Made by a program: the position numbers and the translations under genes. This document shows positions 1-8,089 of a stretch of 32,000 nucleotides of DNA, one piece after another. The stretch comes from Microcystis aeruginosa NIES-843 (GTDB lineage Bacteria > Cyanobacteriota > Cyanobacteriia > Cyanobacteriales > Microcystaceae), in contig NC_010296.1 in the NCBI RefSeq assembly GCF_000010625.1, forward strand, positions 5,310,001-5,342,000, given 5' to 3'. Under the pieces are notes generated by a model. The model was given only the letters and a program-made list of their open reading frames with translations. It ran no database searches and was not told the origin of the DNA. Within the stretch, counting starts at the first letter, position 1, and every line of letters begins with the position of its first letter.

Positions 1-78
1 TGACCAACATCCGGGTAAACTGGGACACCAAATTGCATAACCTTCTTCGCTTTGTTTGAGTCGAACTTGATAGCGCAT
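1..78 (-). CDS. HicB-like (UPF0150) antitoxin, N-terminal part only; gene runs off the left edge
   Basis: Minus-strand ATG at 78 followed by 26 in-frame codons to the window edge: MRYQVRLKQSEEGYAIWCPSLPGCWS. This is the typical HicB-family N-terminus (EGGY..xPxLPGC). It is absent from the ORF track because the window truncates it. Confidence 0.5.
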   Translation of the reverse strand, partial: MRYQVRLKQSEEGYAIWCPSLPGCWS

Positions 79-151
79 AAATAGTTACTGTAGTATTTGC
101 TAGAGTAGGAGCATTCCATTTGAGATAATTTATCTATCTCTTTATACTAAA

Positions 152-529
152 CTAATGTGTATTAAGCCAGTGGCTTGCTTGTTCTACAAATACTGTGGCG
201 TATTCTAAGGCAATTTTTGTTTGTTCCCTAGTTATTTCAATAACTTGATCATAATCTCCTAATTGTCGTAAATCATAGGTAATTCTTAATGCTTTTGATA
301 GTTCTAATGATAATTCACCTGTTTGAATAAAATGTTGAGAAAATTGCTGTCGTACCCCTCGATGACTGCGAGTATTGATATTTTTAACTATTAACAGAGC
401 TTGGACTGTACAATAAATGGCATAATAGCAACGAGAAATACAAGCACGATAATAATTTTTTTCAAGTAATAGGGTGGCCGCTTCTAATTCTTCATTAGCT
501 TGATTGATATAGGACGAAATTTGGTTCAC
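152..529 (-). CDS. HEPN-domain protein, toxin partner of a HEPN/MNT TA pair
   Basis: 125-aa helical ORF with a candidate Rx4-6H HEPN motif (RQQFSQH). It has a 4-nt overlap with the upstream nucleotidyltransferase gene, the canonical MNT-HEPN operon layout. Confidence 0.8.
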   Translation of the reverse strand: MNQISSYINQANEELEAATLLLEKNYYRACISRCYYAIYCTVQALLIVKNINTRSHRGVRQQFSQHFIQTGELSLELSKALRITYDLRQLGDYDQVIEITREQTKIALEYATVFVEQASHWLNTH

Positions 530-852
530 AGGACAATCCCTTCTCGGCGAATATTGTCCATTAATGGGGTTTGTCGATGAACAAAGTCTTCATCGGCGAT
601 GGGAATCAAAGAAATGAAGGTATTATATTTAAGGTCTAGTTGAGTAGCGATGTCTGCCATCCGAATCACTTCATCTCCAGGGGAAATGGGCCCCTTTAAT
701 ACGACCATAATATCAATATCTGAGTCCTCATTGGCGTTACCCCGCGCTTGTGAACCAAAAAGGATGAGTTTTACTAACCGTTTTCCATAAAACTTTGCTA
801 ATTCTTGGCGAAATTCTTGTAGTATGGGCATTAGGATTTGTAATTGAGCCAT
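526..852 (-). CDS. Minimal nucleotidyltransferase (MNT), antitoxin partner of the HEPN protein
   Basis: LFGSQARGNANEDSDIDIMVV matches the GSxxRG...DxD signature of the pol-beta-fold minimal nucleotidyltransferases. It is translationally coupled to the HEPN gene. Confidence 0.85.
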   Translation of the reverse strand: MAQLQILMPILQEFRQELAKFYGKRLVKLILFGSQARGNANEDSDIDIMVVLKGPISPGDEVIRMADIATQLDLKYNTFISLIPIADEDFVHRQTPLMDNIRREGIVL

Positions 853-1037
853 GATTTTATTACTTAGAAATTATTTTTTGTAATAAATTGTATTGATGGA
901 TGTCACTTATTCACTATTTTATCGGATTTTTGCGATTGCGTAGGGAGTGTGGAAAGATGGGGAGGAATGCGATCGCCAATGAAATGTGGATGGGTCATTC
1001 ATTCGACGGCTCATAGCGTTCTAAACTTTTAATAAAA

Positions 1038-1259
1038 TCATCGTTTTTCTTCTCGCCATGCTGCTTGACGGATAGATTCAGGGGTGATATTTCTGTTTTC
1101 CCACAATCCTGCTAGGGCAAAGAAGTCTTGCTCGTTATCAGATAATGTTGTTTGATCTTCGATGATTTCTACAGAGTCAACAAAATCTAAAGCAGTTAAA
1201 ATTTTAGAGAGTGTTTCTGCTTTTTCTTGGTCACGAATGTGTACGATTAGTTGTTTCAT
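1038..1259 (-). CDS. Small hypothetical protein, possibly an orphan antitoxin-like protein
   Basis: 73-aa ORF lying between two TA pairs. The C-terminal FFALAGLWENRNITPESIRQAAW resembles tails of small cyanobacterial antitoxin-like proteins as I recall them. No adjacent toxin ORF is present. Confidence 0.35.
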   Translation of the reverse strand: MKQLIVHIRDQEKAETLSKILTALDFVDSVEIIEDQTTLSDNEQDFFALAGLWENRNITPESIRQAAWREEKR

Positions 1260-1286
1260 GGTAGTTTATTTTGCATTGATTTGGTA

Positions 1287-1781
1287 TTAATGATCATTGT
1301 CTAATTCTGTTTTTAGCCAATTAAGAATCGGAGAACTAATACGAATTCCATAATCAACTAACTGTTGTGATAAATCTAAAATTTCTTGTTTAGATAGATA
1401 ACCTGCATAAAAACCAACCAAGAGAATTCCTAATGTTCCTTTGACGGGTAATTCCATAGCTTTGGCAACTCTTCTTGCTAATTTCTCATCTATAATTACC
1501 CAGTCTGGTTTGATTGAAATTGCCAAGAGAATAACTTCTAATTCTCCTCGATCTAATCCTAGTAATAGCGGTTCAAGAGGAGATGATGATGCAACTTCTT
1601 GAGCTTGAATCCAATTGGCATTTTTGAGTTCTTTTGCCCCCGGTTTATTATCTCCAGCGATGACAATTTCTTGATAAACTGCCCAAGGAATAATCACTTC
1701 ATTAAATAGCTGATTAAGAAGATCTAATTGATTAATCAAAGATAAGGCGATGATCGGTGTAGAATTAACAATTATCTTCAT
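1287..1781 (-). CDS. DUF3368-type PIN-like nucleic-acid-binding protein (putative toxin)
   Basis: 164 aa. The N-terminus IIVNSTPIIALSLINQLDLL and overall length fit the DUF3368 PIN-like family. It overlaps the upstream UPF0175 gene by 17 nt, the usual pairing for this family. Confidence 0.7.
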   Translation of the reverse strand: MKIIVNSTPIIALSLINQLDLLNQLFNEVIIPWAVYQEIVIAGDNKPGAKELKNANWIQAQEVASSSPLEPLLLGLDRGELEVILLAISIKPDWVIIDEKLARRVAKAMELPVKGTLGILLVGFYAGYLSKQEILDLSQQLVDYGIRISSPILNWLKTELDNDH

Positions 1782-2055
1782 TCTCTTTGATTTTTTTGGC
1801 TAATTTACGGCTGGTTTGTATTTCTGATTCCCATTCTTCTGCTGTGTAATCAATAATGGAAAAACCATACTCAGAGAGAAGTGTATAAAATGTATATTTA
1901 TCGCATCCTAATACTTGTGCGCCGATTCCTGCTGAAATTTTTCCTTCTTGATAAAGATGCCCTAATGTATAAATTATGACTTTACGAGAGAATGCTTCTT
2001 TTTCTTCTCTGGCAGCAATGAGGAGTTCTTCGGGAAATGTTACATTAATGCTCAT
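1765..2055 (-). CDS. UPF0175-family antitoxin-like protein
   Basis: 96 aa with LGHLYQEGKISAGIGAQVLGCDKYTFYTLLSEYG, a UPF0175-like HTH region. It lies upstream of and overlaps the DUF3368 gene. Confidence 0.7.
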   Translation of the reverse strand: MSINVTFPEELLIAAREEKEAFSRKVIIYTLGHLYQEGKISAGIGAQVLGCDKYTFYTLLSEYGFSIIDYTAEEWESEIQTSRKLAKKIKENEDNC

Positions 2056-2166
2056 GAGTGTTTAAAAATAATTTGTTTTTCTTGATTTTAGCAAGAATAA
2101 TAGATCTATTCACCATCGCTTTTTTGACTCGAAGCTGGAGATTGTGGTTAAAACGAGACAGGGCAA

Positions 2167-5100
2167 TCACTTCCACCAGCGGCTGACTTCTCTAATTGCT
2201 TGATGGACTTCTCTGAGGGCGACCACTCCACCAAAATGAAGGATTAAAGGGACTAAGTTGGGAATAGTTTCGAGGAAATGAGGACGAGTGAGAGTACCCA
2301 AAGCCTGAAGGGTATTTTCCCAGAAAGATAAGTCAACATTAGCAGGGGTTAAGGTGGCTGTTAATGCTTTTAATGCCTCTGCACGGTCGGATTCAGACCC
2401 AATCCCTCTGGCAGCTTCTAAAGCTTCCGGTAACGCTTGTGGTAAATAGGGAGCTAACCCGGTCAATACCCTTGCACGGTATTTTTCATCCTTAATGGCT
2501 CTGGCAGCTTCTAAGGCTTCGGGTAACACTTCTGGTAAATAGGGAGCTAAACCTATCAATGCCCAAGCACGGTAGTATTCATTCCCAATCCCTCTGGCAA
2601 TTTCTAAGGCTTCGGGTAACAAACTTTCCGGTAAATGGGGAGCTAACCCGGTCAATACCTCCGCACTCCCAATGGCTCTGGCAACTTCTAAGGCTTTGGG
2701 TAACAAACTTTCCGGTAAATGGGGCGCTAACTCGGTCAATATCTCTACACGGTAGGATGGATAACCGATGTGGCTGGCAACCTCTAAGGCTTCGGGGAAT
2801 ACTTCCGGTAAATAGAGCGCTAACTCGATCAGTACTGGTGCAAGGTATTCTTCACCCCCAATCCCTCTGGCAACTGCTAAGGCTTCCGGTAACACTTCCG
2901 GTAAATGGGGCGCTAACTCGATCAATGCATAAGCACGGTATTTTTCATCCTTAATTGCTCTGACAGCCGCTAAAGCTTCGGGTAACACTTCCGGTAAATA
3001 GGGGGCTAACCCGGTCAATGCCTTTGCACGGGAGTCTTCATTCCCAATCCCTCTGGCAACTTCTAAGGCTTCGGGTAACAAACTTTCCGGTAAATGGGGA
3101 GCTAACCCGGTCAATGCCCAAGCACGGTAGTATTCATTCCCAATCCCTCTGGCAATTTCTAAGGCTTCGGGTAACAAACTTTCCGGTAAATGGGGAGCTA
3201 ACCCGGTCAATACCTCCGCACTCCCAATGGCTCTGGCAACTTCTAAGGCTTTGGGTAACAAACTTTCCGGTAAATGGGGAGCTAACCCGGTCAATGCCTT
3301 TGCACGGTCGGATTCAGACTCAATCGCTCTGGCAGCTTCTAAGGCTTCGGGTAACAAACTGACCGGTAAATAGGGGACTAACTTTCTCAATACCTCTGTA
3401 CGGTAGGATTCAGACCCAATGGATCTGGCAATTTCTAGGGCTTCAGATAAGATTTCCGGTAAATAGGGAGCTAACCTTGTCAATGCCTCTGCACGGTGGT
3501 CTTTATCCCCGATCGCTCTGACAGCTTCTAAGGCTTCGGGTAACAAACTTTCCGGTAAATGGGGAGCTAACCCGGTCAATGCCGAAGCGCGGGCGGATTC
3601 AGACTTAAAGACGCGGGTAATTTCTAAGGCTTCGGGTAACAAACTTTCCGGTAAATGGGGAGCTAACCCGGTCAATGCCGAAGCGCGGGCGGATTCAGAC
3701 TTAAAGACGCGGGTAATTTCTAAGGCTTGGGGTAACAAACTTTCTGGCAAATAGGGAGCTAACCCGGTCAATGCCCCCTCGCTCCCAATCGCTCTGGCAA
3801 TTTCTAAGGCTTGGGGTAACAAACTTTCGGGTAAATAGGGAACTAACTTTCTCAATGCATCTGCATTGGCGTCGTCATCCCTAGAATTCCTAATTGCTCT
3901 GACAGATTCTAAGGCTTCAGGCAACATTTCCGGTAAATAGGGTGCTAACCATCTCAATGCCGAAGCACGGTCGTCTTCATCCTCAATCCCTCTGGCAATT
4001 TCCAAAGCTCTCGGTAACAAACTTTCCGGTAAATGGGGCGCTAATCCTCTCAGTGCCCATGCACGGTCGTCTTCATCCTCAATAGCTCTGGCAAATTCTA
4101 AGGCTTCGGGTAGCACATTTTCAGAGAAATGGGGAGCTAACCTTGTAAATCTCTCTGCAAGTGAAGATTGATAATCATTGGCACTGACAAATTCTAAGGC
4201 TTCGGGTAACACTTCCGGCAAATAGGGAGCTAACCCTCTCAATGCCGAAGCACGGTAGTATTCAGTCCCGATCGCTCTGGCAATTTCTAAGGCTTCGGGT
4301 AACACTTCTGGTAAATGGGGAGCTAACCCGGTCAATACCTCTGCACGGGAGGATTCATTCCCAATCTCTCTGGCAATTTCTAAAGCTTCGGGTAACAAAC
4401 TTTCCTGTAAATGGGGCGCTAACCCGGTCAATACCCTTGCACGGGAGGATTCATTCCCAATCTCTCTGGCAATTTCTAAAGCTTCGGGTAACAAACTTTC
4501 CGGTAAATAGGGAGCTAACCCGGTCAATACCTCTGCACGGGAGGATTCATTCCCAATCTCTCTGGCAATTTCTAAAGCTTCGGGTAACAAACTTTCCTGT
4601 AAATGGGGCGCTAACCCGGTCAATACCCTTGCACGGGAGGATTCATTCCCAATCTCTCTGGCAATTTCTAAAGCTTCGGGTAACAAACTTTCCGGTAAAT
4701 AGGGAGCTAACCCGGTCAATACCTCTGCACGGGAGGATTCATTCCCAATCTCTCTGGCAATTTCTAAAGCTTCGGGTAACAAACTTTCCTGTAAATGGGG
4801 CGCTAACCCGGTCAATACCCTTGCACGGGAGGATTCATTCCCAATCTCTCTGGCAATTTCTAAAGCTTCGGGTAACAAACTTTCCGGTAAATAGGGAGCT
4901 AACCCGGTCAATACCTCTGCACGGGAGGATTCATTCCCAATCCCTCCGGCAATTTCTAAAGCTTCGGGTAACAAACTTTCCGGTAAATGGGGCGCTAACC
5001 CGGTCAATACCCAAGCACGGTAGTATTCATTCCCAATCCCTCCGGCAATTTCTAAAGCTTCGGGTAACAAACTTTCCGGTAAATGGGGCGCTAACCCGGT

Positions 5101-7437
5101 CAATACCCTTGCACGGTAGTTTTCAGACCCAATCCCTCTGGCAATTTCTAAGGCTTCGGGTAATAAAGTAGGGGGAAGATAGGGAGTAATTTTCTCTAGT
5201 CCTTCGGCTTGCTTGCTAGAATCTTGACTTTGCCGTACATAAACCAATCCCTGAGCAGGTGTCCATATTTCATGTTTAATCAGTGCCGCAATTAATTCTG
5301 GTGGAATATTAGTCGCCAAACTATTGAGGGAAGTGGTGATCAAAGCGTAACGCACCTGTAACCCCATAGACTGACCGGAATTGTTGGCAAAATCAGCTTC
5401 CGCCAGTTGCCAAGCTTTAACAACATCCTTGATAAAAATCGCCGTTTTCGCTTCTTTCTCGCATTTGCTATACCAGCCATTACCTCCTTCCGCGGTTTCC
5501 TCCCTCAGTAATTGATGAATCTCTTCAATTTTTCTTGCCTTTTCTAAATGCCAAATCAATTGATTGTAAATATAGCCATCATCCTCTAAACTGTGCCATA
5601 AACCATTTTTAGTCTGTTTTTTGTACCTGCTTAAAAGTTGCCGATTAGCTTCAGAAATTGATAAGCCCAACCCCGGTAATTGATAATCGCTTTCAGAATG
5701 GGGAGAGGCTTGTAAAAGATTACGCGCTAGATCGTGTAAGAGGTCATGGACACGATAACTGACGGTTTGTTCACTAGAAACCCCTGTTAATAATAAGGCT
5801 TTACTGCCTAAATGTCTGAGGGTTTTCTTAGCTTCCGTGAGCCGACAATCCCATAAAGTGGTTGCCATTTTTTCCGTAATTGTCACATCATCGGGTAAGA
5901 CCCCTAACCAGGTAAACTGTTGTAATCTTTGGGGCAATAACCGTTTTAAGCTGAGATTAAAAGAAGCGATTAAACTATAATTTTTACGCTTTTCTTGATT
6001 GGTTGCGTCTTCCGCTTCTAAGCGATCTAAAATTTCTAAATTAGTGATTTCTGCCCGTAAATCTTCAATTAATTCAGTCCAAGAAATATTATCTTCAATT
6101 TGTGCCGCGGTTAACTCTAATGCCAACGGTAAATAACCGACAATTTTGGCGATAATTTTGGCTTGTTTCTGGTCTTCTAAAGTTAATTCACGCTGTAGAT
6201 GACTCGACAATAACGCCAAAGATTGAGTCTCCGTCATGATGTCCAAATCATAACGAATCGCTCCGCTTACTCGGGCTTCTCTTGTCGTTACCAACAATTT
6301 ACAGCCATCCCCCGCCACTCGAAACGGTTCCACATCCTCCGCGTTCCAGAGATCATCCACTACTAATAAAGCCTTTTTATCTGCTAATAAAGTTCTTAAT
6401 TGTAAGGATGCCGCATCAATACCAGTCGGCATAAAATGATAATCTCCTAATGATTGTATCCACTGATGAAGAAAGGATAAAATATCCGGTTGTTGCCCTA
6501 AAGTTGCCCAGAAAATGCCATCAGGAAAAAAAGCTTGAACCTCTTTCTCCTGTGCTAATGCCGCCGCTAAAGTGGATTTACCAATCCCTCCTAATCCATA
6601 AATAGCAATAATAACTAAGGTTCCTATTTCGGTTTTTTCTTTAGATAACAGAAGTTCCTTTAATTTAACAATAACCTCTGGACGTTCGACAAAATACCTC
6701 GGTTTAGGAACAGCTTGATTGCGATAGGAAGAAGATTTTAAAGAAGCGGATATAACGGGTTTAGGTTCAGGATCAATATCATGTTTTTCTAATATCTCAC
6801 ACCATTCGGTATTTTTATAAACCCTGGCCAAAGATTCAGCTTCTAAAGATGCCCGACGATCTATACTTAGCTGTTTAGATTGTACCCCAATCACTAACCC
6901 ATGACAAACAATTGCTGATCCCGATGTTCCTTGCCAAGGTGACTGATCTTCTGCTAATTTTTCTAATTGTTCATCGGTGGGTTGTATGTCTTGACTATCT
7001 TTAATATTTAATAACAACCGGTTATAAGGCGCACGATTAGCTACATCAATAGTTCCCTCAATATGTAACCCTGTGGCGTATTTTATACCATCTTCAGAAT
7101 ACCGTAAAAATAGAGGAAAGCCCAAAAAGTCAAATTTAACTTTTTGGGTGCTACTCGCATCAGGTAACAACCCAAAACCTACAGGATCACAAGTTTCGAT
7201 AGTTTCTGGTAATTCTACTAATGCTATATCGATATTATCTGGTGCTTTCCAAATTACTTGAGCGTCTATATCCTGCTTATCAGAATAGTCTGATGCTGAT
7301 CTAAATCGTACTTGACAGTCGTTACTATTATCAAATAGATGCCGACAAGTTAAGAGTAAACGTCCCCCAATTCGATAGGCAGTGCCATACTTAGGGGCAA
7401 CAATTTCTAAAGCGCGATCGGGTTGGAATTGGGGCAT
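2167..7437 (-). CDS. STAND NTPase: N-terminal trypsin-like serine protease, NB-ARC (Apaf-1/R-protein type) module, ~30 x 32-aa helical solenoid repeats
   Basis: 1756-aa uninterrupted ORF.
- Protease: candidate triad H33 (LLLTCRHLF), D70 (NIDIALVEL), S172 (WQGTSGSAIV).
- NB-ARC: Walker A GLGGIGKST (aa 281-289), Walker B LLVVDDLW (aa 357-364), LLVTTR, GYLPLAL (GLPL-like), VHDLLHDLA (MHD-like), then an Apaf-1-like helical region (YIYNQLIWHLEKA).
- Repeats: aa ~750-1696 are tandem repeats with consensus LPEALEIARxIGxExxRAxxLTGLAPxLPESL. Confidence 0.9.
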   Translation of the reverse strand: MPQFQPDRALEIVAPKYGTAYRIGGRLLLTCRHLFDNSNDCQVRFRSASDYSDKQDIDAQVIWKAPDNIDIALVELPETIETCDPVGFGLLPDASSTQKVKFDFLGFPLFLRYSEDGIKYATGLHIEGTIDVANRAPYNRLLLNIKDSQDIQPTDEQLEKLAEDQSPWQGTSGSAIVCHGLVIGVQSKQLSIDRRASLEAESLARVYKNTEWCEILEKHDIDPEPKPVISASLKSSSYRNQAVPKPRYFVERPEVIVKLKELLLSKEKTEIGTLVIIAIYGLGGIGKSTLAAALAQEKEVQAFFPDGIFWATLGQQPDILSFLHQWIQSLGDYHFMPTGIDAASLQLRTLLADKKALLVVDDLWNAEDVEPFRVAGDGCKLLVTTREARVSGAIRYDLDIMTETQSLALLSSHLQRELTLEDQKQAKIIAKIVGYLPLALELTAAQIEDNISWTELIEDLRAEITNLEILDRLEAEDATNQEKRKNYSLIASFNLSLKRLLPQRLQQFTWLGVLPDDVTITEKMATTLWDCRLTEAKKTLRHLGSKALLLTGVSSEQTVSYRVHDLLHDLARNLLQASPHSESDYQLPGLGLSISEANRQLLSRYKKQTKNGLWHSLEDDGYIYNQLIWHLEKARKIEEIHQLLREETAEGGNGWYSKCEKEAKTAIFIKDVVKAWQLAEADFANNSGQSMGLQVRYALITTSLNSLATNIPPELIAALIKHEIWTPAQGLVYVRQSQDSSKQAEGLEKITPYLPPTLLPEALEIARGIGSENYRARVLTGLAPHLPESLLPEALEIAGGIGNEYYRAWVLTGLAPHLPESLLPEALEIAGGIGNESSRAEVLTGLAPYLPESLLPEALEIAREIGNESSRARVLTGLAPHLQESLLPEALEIAREIGNESSRAEVLTGLAPYLPESLLPEALEIAREIGNESSRARVLTGLAPHLQESLLPEALEIAREIGNESSRAEVLTGLAPYLPESLLPEALEIAREIGNESSRARVLTGLAPHLQESLLPEALEIAREIGNESSRAEVLTGLAPHLPEVLPEALEIARAIGTEYYRASALRGLAPYLPEVLPEALEFVSANDYQSSLAERFTRLAPHFSENVLPEALEFARAIEDEDDRAWALRGLAPHLPESLLPRALEIARGIEDEDDRASALRWLAPYLPEMLPEALESVRAIRNSRDDDANADALRKLVPYLPESLLPQALEIARAIGSEGALTGLAPYLPESLLPQALEITRVFKSESARASALTGLAPHLPESLLPEALEITRVFKSESARASALTGLAPHLPESLLPEALEAVRAIGDKDHRAEALTRLAPYLPEILSEALEIARSIGSESYRTEVLRKLVPYLPVSLLPEALEAARAIESESDRAKALTGLAPHLPESLLPKALEVARAIGSAEVLTGLAPHLPESLLPEALEIARGIGNEYYRAWALTGLAPHLPESLLPEALEVARGIGNEDSRAKALTGLAPYLPEVLPEALAAVRAIKDEKYRAYALIELAPHLPEVLPEALAVARGIGGEEYLAPVLIELALYLPEVFPEALEVASHIGYPSYRVEILTELAPHLPESLLPKALEVARAIGSAEVLTGLAPHLPESLLPEALEIARGIGNEYYRAWALIGLAPYLPEVLPEALEAARAIKDEKYRARVLTGLAPYLPQALPEALEAARGIGSESDRAEALKALTATLTPANVDLSFWENTLQALGTLTRPHFLETIPNLVPLILHFGGVVALREVHQAIREVSRWWK
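2350..5195 (-). repeat. Intragenic tandem repeat array (96-nt / 32-codon unit, ~30 copies) encoding the C-terminal solenoid of the STAND protein
   Basis: - Three perfect 192-nt copies at 4321-4512, 4513-4704 and 4705-4896.
- A near-exact 2 x 96 nt duplication at 3539-3730.
- A 166-nt exact duplicate: 2559-2724 equals 3114-3279.
- All remaining units are recognisably related. Confidence 0.95.
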
Positions 7438-7476
7438 AACTTATCGGATTGATGTAACCTATTCTTCTGGGATGGC

Positions 7477-7502
7477 GATGGGTTACGCTTCGCTAACCCA
7501 TC
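7477..7502 (-). repeat. Small GC-rich stem-loop in the trypco2-STAND spacer
   Basis: gatgggtta (7477-7485), loop cgcttcgc, taacccatc (7494-7502): a perfect 9-bp stem. It resembles a dispersed cyanobacterial hairpin repeat family from memory; the family assignment is not verified. Confidence 0.6.
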
Positions 7503-7555
7503 CTACAAATTAACTGCTTTGGGGGCAAGCATTGCGTCCCTAGGGGTATAAAATT

Positions 7556-7858
7556 CTAATCGGGAATATCATCACTTCCTGTCTTGATAGGTCCTCCATC
7601 TTTCCCAATGGGTTTAAGGGGAATTTTAATTCTATGGGTTATCGTATCTTTATTGGTGACACCCCCACCCATTTCTACTACCCAAAATTTCAGCCCACCT
7701 TTGCCTTCTTTCGACTGCTCAACCACAAATTGAACCTCTAATTCAATTTCACCCACTTCAAAGCGAATCTGCTCACCCTCAGAGGCTAAAATAGATTTAC
7801 TGAGTTCAACCCGCAATGCTTCTAAGGTTTCTCGAAGTCCAACTTTATTGATGTCCAT
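7556..7858 (-). CDS. trypco2-like (trypsin co-occurring domain 2) small protein
   Basis: 100 aa. LRETLEALRVEL...IRFEVGEIELEVQFVV...GGLKFWVVEMGGG...THRIKIPLKP matches my recollection of the trypco2 family pattern (RFElgpvELEf...FWVv..gG...tHrvkl.L.P). It lies immediately upstream of and co-oriented with the protease-STAND gene. Confidence 0.7.
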   Translation of the reverse strand: MDINKVGLRETLEALRVELSKSILASEGEQIRFEVGEIELEVQFVVEQSKEGKGGLKFWVVEMGGGVTNKDTITHRIKIPLKPIGKDGGPIKTGSDDIPD

Positions 7859-8089
7859 AATTCTCTAGTTATTTTTGAAGGATGCAGACCAAAACCCTTT
7901 CAATTCTATCGTTTTTCTGAAACTTTAGGGCGGACGGATTGCCTTTATCCAATTGATATAATAGCCCAACCCGATCGCTAAGGTAAGCGCGGGTTGGGAA
8001 AAGACATCGACCTAATATTATCTCAAGACTAAAATGACAAATTGAATTAGCATCGAGCTATTTTGCTAATACAAGGTGTCAAAATAAAA

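Noticed and set aside
2559-5171. Plus-strand ORFs 2559-2954, 3018-3362 and 4242-5171 (repetitive proteins such as ...SLWQFLKLRVTNFPVNG...)
   Set aside because: They are antisense read-throughs of the minus-strand 32-codon repeat. Their openness is a by-product of the periodic sequence, they have no start context, and they are wholly contained in a 1756-aa ORF that has clear catalytic motifs.
7073-7261. 62-aa plus-strand ORF inside the protease domain region
   Set aside because: It is short, antisense to the well-supported STAND ORF, and has a low-complexity translation with no motif.
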